Shown: piece by piece, positions 10,635-22,712 of the stretch
Position numbering within the stretch: position 1 is the stretch's first letter
Layout: each line of letters starts with the position of its first letter
DNA from: Pelagomonas calceolata
Lineage: Eukaryota
Direction of reading: 5' to 3'
Length of the DNA: 64,000 bases
Assembly: GCA_918797485.1 (NCBI GenBank)
Contig: CAKKNE010000006.1
Coordinates: forward strand, 1,798,001 to 1,862,000
Position numbers and translations under genes: made by a program
Notes under the pieces: generated by a model
The model's database searches: none
What the model saw: the letters and a program-made list of their open reading frames with translations, nothing else
Told to the model about the DNA's origin: nothing

Positions 10635-12069
10635 TCAAAATCCGGCAAAAACTTTTTTTGCGGAGTCAAATTCGTCCTCAAGACATTCCCGGGGATGGTA
10701 CTCATCGAAGCGAGATGCATCCCCAATTGGGAGGATGAGCGGCTTCTGTGGAGGCCGGATGCGTTTTTGATTGACTGCCACCTATGTGAACACGCAAAGG
10801 GGGATGGTTGGCTGCCACCTATGTATGTATGCAAGGCACCGGTTCCGACAAAGTCGACATCCTGAAAAAATTCTGCGGCCTGGATACTCGCCGCATCAGT
10901 GAGTCGTTTTGGAAGATCAGCTTTCAGCAGAGAACGGACTAGGGCGCGCGGCGTGGGTCCCATGAAAGACGGGAATGAGATGCGTCCTTGGATGACCCGT
11001 AGATATATCGCATGATGCGAATCTGTCTTGTGATCTTTGCCTGCGAGGGAGCAGAGCCATTTATCAATATAGGTAGTAGATTATCCATACGGTGGCCAAG
11101 ACAAAAAGGCGTATGCCCCGACATGAGCTCGTACGCAACGCAGCCAAACGCCCACCAGTCGACAATGCGTGTGTAACCGCCCGTCTTTTTTCGCGATAGT
11201 TGCTCCGGTGATAGATATGCAGGTGTCCCGCAGTTTGTTCGCATTCGCCCCTCTGGCCCATCGGGCGGCGCACATGCAAAACCGAAGTCAACGAGGCGGC
11301 AATGACCCTCGGTATCCAACAGTACATTTTCTGGCTTGAGGTCTCGGTACACAAATCCGCCCGCGTGTACATGTGCTAGTGCTGCGAGTATCTCGACGAG
11401 GTAGAACTTGGCCACGGCTGCACTCAGGCACCTGTTACCTCGCAGTTTTGAGAAAAGCTCGCCGCCAGCCACGTACTCCAGGACGAAGTAAATCTTTTGC
11501 TTGTCCTGGAGCGTACCAAAGAGACCCACGACAAATGGGTGGCGCAATTGACCTAAGATCAGGCGCTCGTTCTGCACATGCCTTTCGTCATCGTGCTTGA
11601 CCACGTAGCCCTTCGAGATTGCCTTGATCGCCATGTACTTCCCGTCCTTCCTGAATCGTGCGAGCGAGACCTCACCCATCACGCCGCGGCCAATAACGCG
11701 CACGAGTTCGAACTTTTCAATGCCTCTATGCGACCGTGGTCCAAGGACACAGTGAGTGGCGATCCAGCCATTCGTGCCATCAGCACGGGCCTCGGCTCTA
11801 CGCGTCGCGAGAGCGCTTCCCGCCTGCCCGAACGCATGCGTGCTTTTGACTGTGTGCTTCGCCTTATTCCACTTCGTCCCACCAACTCCTCGCCGTGATG
11901 GGCCTTTTTTGTCACCACTTAGGCCCATCGATCCTACTCGTCGAGACATAATGACTGTGTCGGCATCTGTTTCACCCTGAAAAGTCCACGGCAAGGCGTG
12001 TTCGTCGACGGAGACATTGTACCCATCGTCGGGCGCCGGCTTTGGGTTCAGGCTCAGACCTCCGCCCAT
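10635..12069 (-). CDS. AGC-family (PKA/PRKX-like) Ser/Thr kinase; 2 introns (11041-11102, 10782-10849)
   Basis: IGRGVMG, AIK, YRDLKPEN, DFG, CGTPAYLSPE and DWWAFG; splicing restores an AGC tail ...IRPPQKPLILPIGDASRFDEY...KVFAGF*. Confidence 0.9.
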
Positions 12070-13341
12070 GCGACGATTCCTCCCTAAGAAAGGGAAAGCA
12101 AGCTTACCACATGTTTTGGCCGGAATACCGCCCAGTGAATAAGTATACCACGCTTTCTCTCATCATATTACCGCGGTATTATGATATTGTACCATGGTAT
12201 CTATCCAACCTAAACTAACGTGGTGCTGATGTGCTTATGCTAAGGGTGCGATCTAGACCTCCCCGGGGGGGGGGGTCCGGAGCCAATGTGGTGGTACGCT
12301 CGGGCCGGTCTGCGCGATCGGTCTGCGGTATCGGTCTGTGGTATGATCACTGGCATGATCATGATCATGATCCGCCCGGCCCGGGGCCGACTCGGATCAT
12401 GATCAGTCCGAGTCTGAGCCTCAAATCGGTCACACGCCCGGCCCGGGGCCGGCACCTCCGATAAAGTGAACTTACTTTCGTTCACTCCGGTGTTTTTACG
12501 GCGACTACCTAACGCCGGGCTTGATCCAACTTGGACACTAAGTGCCAGTGAAATACGGCCGGCCGGTGCTACTAGCGGCCTGAGTATAACGTGCTGAGAG
12601 GCGAGAGTAACGTAGCCACAGTTTTTAGCTAGGGGAGTTTTTAGCTCACTGCGCCCCGGGCCGCCTCCCAAAAACCGAACAAGCTCGTATAGTTATTCGA
12701 GGTTACTGACCGGGATAGTTACCTCGGGCCGGCCCGGGATCTTTCTCCGGGTGGACTCGGTTGCGTCACGGTAGGTCAATAGGATAGGACTCGGACCAGA
12801 GGCGTGGTTCACAGGCACTGGCAAATCTAGTAACCGCTTGGGGCTCGACAGCTTGTACCAACTGGCAAATTGAACTCAGGCTTGCCAATGCCAGTGAAAA
12901 AAAAAGCCCCGGGCCAGGTCACCGGCCCGGGTGAGCAACCGGTTGGAAGCTCGGGCTCAACTTGAATCCGCTCGCAGCTGAGCCGCCGCCGGCGGGCTAA
13001 CTGTCCGCCGGATTTGACCTTCAGCAGGCGGCGTTGTTGCCAGTGATCTCAGGCTCCGAAGCAAGCCCGAGCGGGAGGGGCATATACTAGGATTCCGGCC
13101 GAGTCTAACTTGAAGTATCCCGTAGAAGTATCCCATGGACGAGATATGATGGCAAACTCCCAGACGTTCCTTTCGGAGTACGCTGGCTAGCTATGACTAC
13201 ATAGCAGGGAGGGGCGGAAGGGAGTGGTGCTTTTAAAACTACTAGAAGTAGAAGCGACGCTGATCTCACGCCTTTCTTGGTCTAATCACCCAGGGCCGTC
13301 GTCGAGGGAAGGCGATACCGGTATTTCGTGCGCCGGGGCAG

Positions 13342-13847
13342 TTATGCAACAAGAGCAGAGGCAGTTGCGGATTCATACCTACAGGACATGTACTATTATA
13401 AATGCACCACCAACACTTCGAGAATTACTTCCAAGCCGCATGAAGCTTGCGCGTGGTCCGATAGTAACGCGCGAGGCGATGGATACGCGACTCGATGAGG
13501 ATGAGGCGAAATTTTGAATCTTTGTCTGCGCGATTGCGCTCCATGTGCTTGCGGACAGACACCGCTTTCTTGATTAACATGTATAGATCCTCCGGAATTT
13601 CCGGGGCAAGACCATTTTTCTTGAGGAGGCGCAGAATTTTTGACCCGGTCACCGACTTGACGGCAGGGATACCGGAGGAATCTCGCAATATGACCCCAAT
13701 TTGAGATGGTGTCAGGCCCTTCTTCGCTAATTTGCACACATGCTCCTCTACATCCAAGGGTGATGTCTTCAGCCATTGTGGCGGTGAGCGTTTGTAGGGA
13801 TTTGCCGATCGCGAGATGCCCTTACCTTTGCTGTGAAGCCGGCCCAT
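13342..13847 (-). CDS. RPS13: 40S ribosomal protein S13 (uS15); intron 13379-13428
   Basis: [12 protein letters not shown]...[18 protein letters not shown]; spliced C-terminus [13 protein letters not shown]. Confidence 0.97.
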
Positions 13848-14120
13848 GTCAGCGACCTGGCGATTTTATTACCGCTATGTTACAGTTTAGCCACTAGGAC
13901 TCCACCTCGATATTTTCGTATAGTTGAATTTAGCGACCGGAAAGGGGGTGGGTCGAATGTTGATGTTGTACTCTGACGCCCGGGCCGGCCGCTCGCCCAC
14001 GCCAGCATCTACCCCCGTCACACCCGGCGCGGCAGGCCCATCCTACTCGACTCGGATGTCCGGCGTGCGACCGATACAGGTAGATAGATATATGTGTATC
14101 CCTGTGTTTATTTTATTTTA

Positions 14121-14203
14121 TACCTACGGGTACCGTAGGTAGTACCTACGGTACCGTACCGTAGGTAGGTACCTACGGTACCGTAGGTACCGTAGGACCT
14201 ACG
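14121..14203. promoter_or_regulatory. GTAC/CTACG palindromic motif cluster in the RPS13/cullin divergent promoter
   Basis: Perfect 24-bp palindrome ggtacctacggtaccgtaggtacc at 14168-14191; the cluster ends about 25 bp before the cullin ATG. Confidence 0.6.
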
Positions 14204-14228
14204 CTATTATTCCCGCGATTCCCGCGCC

Positions 14229-16850
14229 ATGAGGCGGACAGATCGGGAAGAAACTTTGCTTACCTACGCGACGGAAAAATCTATCGAAACTGGAGAAATC
14301 CCCTTAGAAGAGGTAATTTCAGCATCACCTTAGCATCAAGAAGAAACAATACAGGGATGGGAAAAGCTCAGGGAAAATGGCATTTGTGTTTTGGTCGACA
14401 TACTTCAGGGCAATGCATCCGACAGACGCCCGTTTGGTAATAAAGGCTATGTGTCTCTCTACACAATATCCTATCGAATGTGTTCAAATGCTGGATTGTA
14501 CGATCACTCAAAGGCATTGTATGACAGGACCAAAGATGAAATCGAGCACGTCTTGCAGCACTATGTAGTTCCCGAACTCAACAAAAATAAGTATGCAGAT
14601 GAAGGCAACGCCATACTCAACAAATTCTCACATCACTGGGAGAATCATAAAGTCTTTGTCAAGTGGATGCAACAGCTGTTTAGACATCTTGACAATGGCT
14701 ACATTGCAAATTCTTCAATCTCCACAATTACGTCGGTGGGCTTAAAACTTTTTTTTGATATCGTCTTTGTTCAATTTAAGGCGGAAGTTCGCGAATCTTT
14801 ACTGAATGCAATCGACACAGAGCGCGATGGAATAAATATCGACCAAGATCTACTGCGTTCTTGTGTTGAGGTTTTTCCCGTCATGGGCTTATCTTCGAAG
14901 TGCACTACTTTGAAGACAGTGCAGTCGGCATTGAACACCCAGCCTGATCTTAGTGTCTACGAATCTGATTTAGAAATTTCACTCTTAAAGAGGACCTCGG
15001 ACTACTATGCACGAAAAAGTAGGGTGTGGTTGGAGGACCAAACTACCCCTGAATACTTGACACGGGCAGAGATGGCACTCAAAGCAGAGCGAAACCGAGT
15101 TAAGCGATATCTCCACCCCTCCACTCAGAGTAAGCTACTCTGTGCCTGTGAACAGGAACTTCTACAAAAGTACAAGGGGCCGTTGATCAATCATGATCAA
15201 AGTGGGCTTAGATCTTTGCTAGCTGAGGACAGAAATGAAGACCTAAGGCGCATGTTTAATTTATTCCGACGTCTTGCTGATGGCCTTTCACCGATGGCAT
15301 TAATGACGAAGAAATTTGTACAAAGTGAAGGAAACAAATTGCTTCAGGAACGTCGGGATCTTATTCACTCTCTGAAATCGAAAGGCAGAAAATTAAGCTC
15401 AAATGACCCAGATTTGATCGATCAGCTCATGACGCTGCATAGTAAGATGAGTAGACTTGTCCTTGAGCTCTTCGACAACGAAGCTCAATTTCAGCGCGCA
15501 CTACGAGAAGCGTTCCAGGAAGTCATGAATGCAGATACAACTTCTGATGATTCAAATGTTGAGTTGCTGGTTGTGCACACTGACCGTATTTTAAGTGGGA
15601 AATTGAAATTGGATGAAGAGGAGGTGGAGAATAGATTGGAGCACTGTATTCAACTTTTTCAATTTGTATCAGACAAAGATTTATATGCTGAACTGTATCG
15701 AGAAAGGTTGGCAAAAAGGCTGCTATCAAAGAAATATACCTCTATTCATGCGGAAAAATCAATGATAGTAAAAATGAAAACACAACAAGGAGCTCCGTTC
15801 ACCACGAAGCTAGAGGGAATGGTGAATGATTTTACAGTAGGCTCGTACCAGCTGTCGTTATTTAATTCATTTTCTTTTTTGTCTTAGGAAAAGATATCGA
15901 TCAAACCTGGACCGCGCATTTAAACAAATTAAGAGCTGCAAACTTGCTTGCTAATAGAACGAGAATGGACTTTTCCGTTCAAGTGCTCACTCAAGGATTT
16001 TGGCCCTCACAAAAGCAACGCGACCTGCAATTATCCCATGAGATGAGAGATGCAAAATCTGCCTTTAACACGTGGTACACAGAACGCCACAGTCATCGTG
16101 TGCTATCGTGGGTGTATATTCTTGGAGATGTAGTTGTCAAAGGCAACTTTGGGGGGAGATCATATGACATGACGATGACTACATTTCAGGCCATGGCTCT
16201 GCTTGCCTTTGCTTGCAAGAAAGAAGCGGTTGCCTTTCCTGAGATTTGTGAGCATATGCAGATAGATGAACCGACTGGCAAAAGAGTTCTTCACTCCCTT
16301 GCGTGTGGCAAGTATAAATTGCTAGATAAAACAGGTCATCACAGAACTATAAATTGCAAGACAGACCTGTTTGAATCAAACGCTATATTTTATTCCAAGT
16401 TGAAGCGATTTAAAGTCCAGATGTCAATGCTGGATGGTGATTTTAAGAGAAAAGTCAACGTGGAGATCCAACAGCAGCGTGGGTTTGGTATTGATGCAAC
16501 GTAAGTGATCATCAGCAATACAATATATATTACCTTCTGTGGCTTTGGTTAGGATTGTGCGTATTTTAAAATCTCGCAAAAGGTAAGCTAGGTGGTGTGA
16601 AGAGCGTGATCCCCCCGTTTCCCTCAGGCTTGCCCATCAAGAACTCGTCGGCGAAGTGATCCACCAGATTCAGAACTTTGCGCCCGAGAGTAGGTTGATA
16701 CGACAGCGAGTAGAAGGTCTGATTGAGCGCGAGTGCTAAGATGCCCAGTGTCGAGCTACATGTATTGACCTTTGCAGATCACAAAAATGCACGTCTAGAT
16801 ATTTAAAGAGGGATGATGTGAATCCAAAATATTATATATATTTACCATGA
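14229..16850 (+). CDS. Cullin (CUL1-like); introns 14313-14354, 15841-15887, 16501-16552, 16583-16627, 16733-16798
   Basis: IPLEEGW, DKDLYAELYRERLAKRLL, FTTKLEGMVND, VLTQGFWP, neddylation motif IDATIVRILKSRK, terminal LIEREYLKRD...YIYLP*. Confidence 0.93.
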
Positions 16851-17772
16851 ACTGGGCCAGTGCCAGTATCTGAGCGGCCTCGCAAACAACCAGTGACATT
16901 ATGCTATGGTCTGTAAAATACTGATCATCCTCGGGCTCCGAGGCCAATGCGCTGTCCTACGAGTCTACGACAGCCTGATAACAGTGAGCCTTTGACGTAA
17001 GTGCGCAGCCTGGTGGTGAAGATCAATCGCGACAAGCTCGCGGAGTAGGTCTTTATGACTAGGTGTTGGAGTCCCAAAGCCAAGCGGGCGCACACGCCAG
17101 ACTAGCTGATTGCTACGACAACGCGCTGTGCGGGAGCAAGACTCAGCCCCAAGCGCAGCCTGGAATGATGGACAATAACCCCCTAGGCGTACGATTAGAG
17201 CGCCGCGCTGTCAAGGTTGTGTGGTGCGCTGTCCTGACGGCGCCTGGGGCGCACCATGACAAGTACGCCGGGGCAAGGAACTTAGTCTAGTACTACAGCG
17301 GCCTAAAAGCGCTGCACGATGAAAGTTGCCCCCGGGCCGTGCTAGTGCGCCACCGGTTATAAAAGACCGTGACCACTGCCAGTGGCAGAGTGGGGCTTGG
17401 TAAAATGAAGAATATGCGAATAATGCAAGACCAGAGGAGTACGCACCTTTGGGAGTACTGCGGCTGAGATAGTTTGCCGCGGAGCTACCTTAAATACACT
17501 AAGTAGTTTTGATTTAACTGTGTTTATTACGCGTGGCGTGTTGAAGGGTGATGTAAGTGTATAGGAAGGGTATAGGATAGGGGGGGGGGGTATTTCGCCC
17601 TATTTATCGCACTCAGGCTCCCCCTTTTCATGTCAGTGAGGGTAAGCTCTTGTTTCCCTTAGGAAAATATGGGGTGAAAGTTGTCCTCTATCCTTGTCGT
17701 TCCTTTCATTGAAATGTGCGTTTTGGCAAATATCATCAAGTAGCACATGGGCATTTGCCTGTTGTTACCTAC

Positions 17773-17834
17773 TAAATAAATAAAGGCCCATAAATAAATA
17801 AATAAATAAATAAATACACAAATAAATAAATAAA
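17773..17834. repeat. (AAAT)n microsatellite
   Basis: taaataaataaa... runs. Confidence 0.9.
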
Positions 17835-17965
17835 GCGACCCGGCGGGCCAGATTGTTGAACTAGACCTCGCTTAAAAATGACATGTATGCTTGCGACCTA
17901 CCGAAAATGCCACGGCGGGGTGCGACGCGCGTAGATGCCGGCCCCGATATCGCACTGAGGGCCTC

Positions 17966-18070
17966 GCAGCGTTTAATATCGTAGGGCAGCTCGGACTGTG
18001 GCTTCTCTGGGGTCGAATTTGCCCACAGCCCCAGAGCTCCAAATCGGTCTCTCGCGACGCAAGACGATCA
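17966..18070. repeat. Dispersed repeat, homologous to 8880-9025
   Basis: See partner; minus-strand translations share EAT..AALRY.TLR. Confidence 0.7.
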
Positions 18071-18649
18071 CCGTGGCACGCCGACTGTCGCGTTTAGACC
18101 ACGCCTCCCGAGCCGCTGACGCGTCTACGTACCTTTGCCACGGAATTTCGGGTTTACCCCGCAGGAGTGGTGGTCTGTACTCGACAGGCGCGCCGAGTTG
18201 ACCGTACTTGTAGTAGCTTGATCCGGTCGTCGCCGAGCAGCAACCGCGTGGGGGCTGCGTTTCGGCGCACTCCAGATCAAGCGCGGGCATCGATGGTAGG
18301 TCTCAGGGGAGCACCGCTTCAGCGGCTGCGGCTGCCTGAAGACCACGTATTACTTAGGCGGTCTTTAGGTGCCTTGCGCACTTCCTTGCGCCACATTTAG
18401 CGCCAGCGGTAGTGACCCCAGCCTGAGTATGACCCCAGTAAGATCCCCAGTACCTTGTCTAGCCGGCGAATAACGCACCTCCAGAGTCTAGCTCCAGAGG
18501 ACGCTTTCAAGTTGGGAGTGCAGCTGTTTAGGCCCAGCCAATGCACTCTTAAGACTACTAGTCTGGTGGTTGGGAGGTGGTTGGTTGGTTGGCGCGGGAG
18601 TTTAGTAGAGTAGAGGTATACGGATATGGGGGCATCCGGGACCAGGCGA

Positions 18650-19726
18650 TCATAATGTTTCCTTCGGACACAAAAAAATGGCCTTCTTGACAATACGGGC
18701 ATTCTTCCCAATTGCAGCATTATCGCAAATGCACAGCGTAGTGAGCCGGTCAATAAATTTAGTTTTATTTTTAAGAATCTCGCGCGCCTTGGGATGCACA
18801 GCAATATTTGCAATACACTTCAGCGTGTTGGTTGTAAGAATGTCATCTTTCTCGTTGAGAAGCTCAGCAAGCAGAGAAACTGAATTCTTTTTTTTTATCT
18901 TGTCCAACGAAATAATTGCCTGTTTGCCCTCATCAGCTGTGGTGATGGTCATCAATGCCCCTGCGGCAGCAGAGCGGACAAGTCGATCACTATCCTTCAG
19001 AAGTTCTATGATGATCTCGATCGCTCCACACTCAATGGCCAACATCTTTGCCACATCCGCAAGGCAAAGCGCAATTAGTGTGCTTGCAGCTTCACGGCGA
19101 ACTTCTGTGTCAATACTCGCAAGCAACTCAATGCATGTTTCAACTGCAGAGTGTCCTAGGGCACTTTCAAGCCCGCAGCCAGAATAAAGACAATTATGGA
19201 GTAGCCGTAAGGCCAGAGGCTGCAGAACGGTCTTTTCCTTTGCTGTTCGTAACTGATTAATAAGAATGGCAGGATAGTCGGCTGCAACAAGCGCATGCAC
19301 ACATGATAGGTTTCCAGTAGAGAACTCAATAAGAGCCCGGTACACGTATTCTCTCACCTCTATCTCGTCGTCACTTAATGCGGAAACAATCATCTGGGCT
19401 GTATTGCCTTGCAAAAGAGCGTGAACGCCAGTAGCATTTCGAGAGCAAATTTCAAGAGCTTTGGCGGCACGCAAGCGCGTCAGCGGGTCTTGATCTGCAG
19501 AGACCTGTGCGTTAAGCACGGACACGATTCCCAGATCTACACAACCAACCAGACTCGCCGGATTTTGCAACTCTTCGCAGAGTGCTAATAATGCGTTCAC
19601 TCGCACAGGACGATTATGGGACATTACTTCGCGCACCAACTTGGGGCACATGCTCGCCCCAAACGCGGACACAATACGTGCTTCATTTCTCCCTTTTGCA
19701 CTAACCTTCACTTCGTGAAGGAACAT
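18650..19726 (-). CDS. RSPH14: Radial spoke head 14 homolog (RTDR1), ARM-repeat protein
   Basis: About 358 aa; N-terminal AFGASMCPKLVREV, ARM repeats, AAAGALMTITTADEGK and IANIAVHPKAR. Confidence 0.75.
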   Translation of the reverse strand: MFLHEVKVSAKGRNEARIVSAFGASMCPKLVREVMSHNRPVRVNALLALCEELQNPASLVGCVDLGIVSVLNAQVSADQDPLTRLRAAKALEICSRNATGVHALLQGNTAQMIVSALSDDEIEVREYVYRALIEFSTGNLSCVHALVAADYPAILINQLRTAKEKTVLQPLALRLLHNCLYSGCGLESALGHSAVETCIELLASIDTEVRREAASTLIALCLADVAKMLAIECGAIEIIIELLKDSDRLVRSAAAGALMTITTADEGKQAIISLDKIKKKNSVSLLAELLNEKDDILTTNTLKCIANIAVHPKAREILKNKTKFIDRLTTLCICDNAAIGKNARIVKKAIFLCPKETL

Positions 19727-20684
19727 CGACAAGTATAGATACAGCGTAGGCCCAAAAGATATGGACGCAGAGGGCCCGCTGCCTTTTTTGGGCCTTTTTT
19801 ATTTACGCTGTTGATCGCCAGCGCAGGTGTGAAAGAAAGATACTCGCTAGCTAAGGTTTAAAGAAAGGGGCCCGACGTCCGACGTATACTGCCCAGCACC
19901 TCGCTTCAAGTTCGAACCCCCCCCGGGCCCGGCCCCCCCGAAAAAAGACCGTGACTCGGCGGACATGGGGCCGGGCCGTGGGAAGTTACAGGAAGTTACA
20001 GGATACTGAGCAGAGACGAGCAGCTTCCAATCCGGACGACGCGATGCCGAAAACACGGCAGCCAACGCTGCCCATCTCGCCGAGAAAACGCCCCAAAACA
20101 AAAAAAAAGACACGCGATCGTTACGAGCCGATCGGGCCACCACAGCGTCCGGCGATCTGATACTAAGTGGCGCGGACGTCCCATGAGATTTCGGTCTATG
20201 CGTGGCCCGCGTTTCTCGCCGTTCGCGCATCGAGTGATTATCGTGCTGAATGACCACTGGCAGGACTTTTCTTAGGCCCGGGCTGCGGCTGCCCCGCGCA
20301 CGGATAGCTTGCTCAAAACCTTGCGGCCAAGCATGTCTCGTAGCCCAAGGACTAGGAGTAGGAGACTCTCTCGAGTCTCCATTCCGTAGCATAAGCACCC
20401 GGGGCCCTCAGGCTCCCGTCTCTCTCTCTTCCGCCGTCCGCCGGCGTCCTTGGTTTCCACGTGAGCTAAACAAAGAGATGAGCCGATGAATAAGGCTTGG
20501 ACTACACAAGGCAACTCGGCGAAGGGTCTCCTCTTTTTGTAGGGAATAGATAGAGCCGGTGGTATTTCCTGGCGACTTTATCTGGAGGAGATCTGCACTG
20601 ATCAGACGCCATGCCACTACATAAATTTTCAAACTCTCGAGTCTCCACAAGTAGAACGTTCACGGAGCCAAATCCCTGGATACT

Positions 20685-22282
20685 TCACGCGTAGTAGTCC
20701 AGAGCTCCTTTCTTTTTAGCAGCAACGACTGCAATGCCCTCCATGAAGTCTTCATGTTTCACTGTGTTGGCCTCGCGCCGTAATGCCAACATACCAGCCT
20801 GCAGTGACAAAATTATTTTACTTTCAAGCACGCTATGCCTTACCTCTACGCATATGGCCTTGCACTGCGCACCATTAAAGTCATCACAACAACGTGCAAG
20901 TTCCTCAAAATTGGTGTCATCTTTATCTACATTCATCTTGCGTGAATGTATTTGCATGATCCGTGCCCGTGCCATCTCTGTTGGATGCGGAAGTTCAATC
21001 TTGCCTGATTGCAGCGTTATGTCCATCCGTTTCATTTGATACGCGGGAATGACGATCTAGACGGCCAGAACGCAAGAGGGCAGGATCAAGCACGTCTGGG
21101 CGATTTGTTGCGGCGATCACCTGCATTCATCGAGTTATTTTGCCAAGGTTCTGTTTTTGACGCTGCGCCACCTTAATTTTCTCATCCGATGAAAACCCAT
21201 CGAGCTGACTGAGAAGTTCAAGCATCGTGCGTTGCACTTCGCGATCACCTGACTGTTCGCCACCAAAACGCTTTGTGCCAATGGCATCGAGCTCATCGAT
21301 GAAGACGATTGCCCCACTTTTGTTGCCTAAGAAGACGATATCATGGCGTAGTGATTCTTTACGAGGAACTTGCCAGATTTGATTTTTTCTTTGGCCAACT
21401 CAAATGCATCTCGCACTAATTTTGCTCCATCCCCAATAAACATCTGCACTAATTGAGGCCCCGCCAATTTAAGGAATATAGCATCTGTTTGCTTTGCACA
21501 AGCTCGCGCTAGAAGAGTTTTGCCTGTTCCCGGAGGCCCATGCAACAAAACTCCCTTTGGTGGCCGTACCCCAATTGAAGTGAACATTTCAGCGTGCGTC
21601 ATGGGTAGAACCACTGCCTCAATAAGTTCGTTAATTTGTTTATCACAGCCACCGATATCTGAATACTCTTCAGTGGGCTTTTCATCAACTTCCATGGCCT
21701 GCGTCGATGACACTCCACATGTGGTGTGTGAATCAAGTAAATACCTTCACCCGCGAGTCATACTCAGCAGGGAGCTTTTCAAGAATAAGATAAGAATCTT
21801 TATTGGTTCCGACGAGCTCCCCTGGAACCAATTCCTGGGTGTCAATGAGCCCAGGCACTGGCAGATAGATAGTCTGCCGAGTCGAGGTACGAATCACAAC
21901 AGATTTTCCTGACCTAGTGCTTACCTCATATATTACAGACCTATATCCACCAGTCTTACCTTTGAGCGTCTACATCTTGGGCCATGCCGACCTCTTCGTC
22001 CTCTTCACAACCCAAATCAAGCACTTCGATGATGTTACCAACAAGATAGGGAAGTTGTTTATTCAATTTTATCTTATCTTGATTCTCTTTGATGCGTTCT
22101 TTGTGAGACTCGGATTCGTGCTTAATGCGTTGTATCTCTGAGCGCATTATCCTAACCTAATGATTAGCATAGTGAGCGTCCATTGTTCACGCAATAAATA
22201 CATCATTTTCCACTAGCCGACTGCGCTGGCGAATCTCATCGAGTGACATCGACATGATCTCAGCATCCAGAGAGGCATCCAT
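20685..22282 (-). CDS. PSMC3: 26S proteasome AAA-ATPase RPT5; 7 short introns
   Basis: [69 protein letters not shown]. Confidence 0.96.
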
Positions 22283-22640
22283 CGGCCGGCTCTGCCAAGA
22301 CGTCTAATAGAATTACCCAGACGTCTATCCCGCTGGTAATACTAGGCTAGGAGCCAGCTAGCACAGTACCTTGCTTACTGTACTAGCCTTAGGCTCCCCT
22401 CGGAATTTCCGGCCAACCACAAAGCCAAATTGGCTGTGGTTTGCGCCGGCCCTCAGATTTATTTAGCCCGCCCTCCCTCCCTGTTTGAAGAAGGGGGCCC
22501 CGGTGACGTTTCCTACCTGTCCCCGGGATTGGTTGGCCCGATGGGCGGCAACTGAGCAAAGAATAAATTCCCAACTATTAGTCTGTTGCTATTTCACTAG
22601 CCACTAGGGAGACTAGGGTAAGCTGAATCACGTATTAGTA

Positions 22641-22696
22641 TACCTACGGTACCCACGGTACTGTACAATGTCATACTGACTTGTACCGTAGGTACT
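22641..22696. promoter_or_regulatory. GTAC/CTACG motif cluster in the RPT5/EGF divergent promoter
   Basis: tacctacggtacccacggtac...gtaccgtaggtac ends about 17 bp before ATG 22713. Confidence 0.55.
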
Positions 22697-22712
22697 GTCG
22701 TTGGAACAGCCG

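Noticed and set aside
10628..10781. ORF-track C-terminus of the kinase (WQSIKNA...PDFDL)
   Set aside because: The alternative frame gives the canonical AGC tail after splicing.
14313..16798. Introner-element family
   Set aside because: The introns share no evident sequence or terminal inverted repeats with each other in this window.
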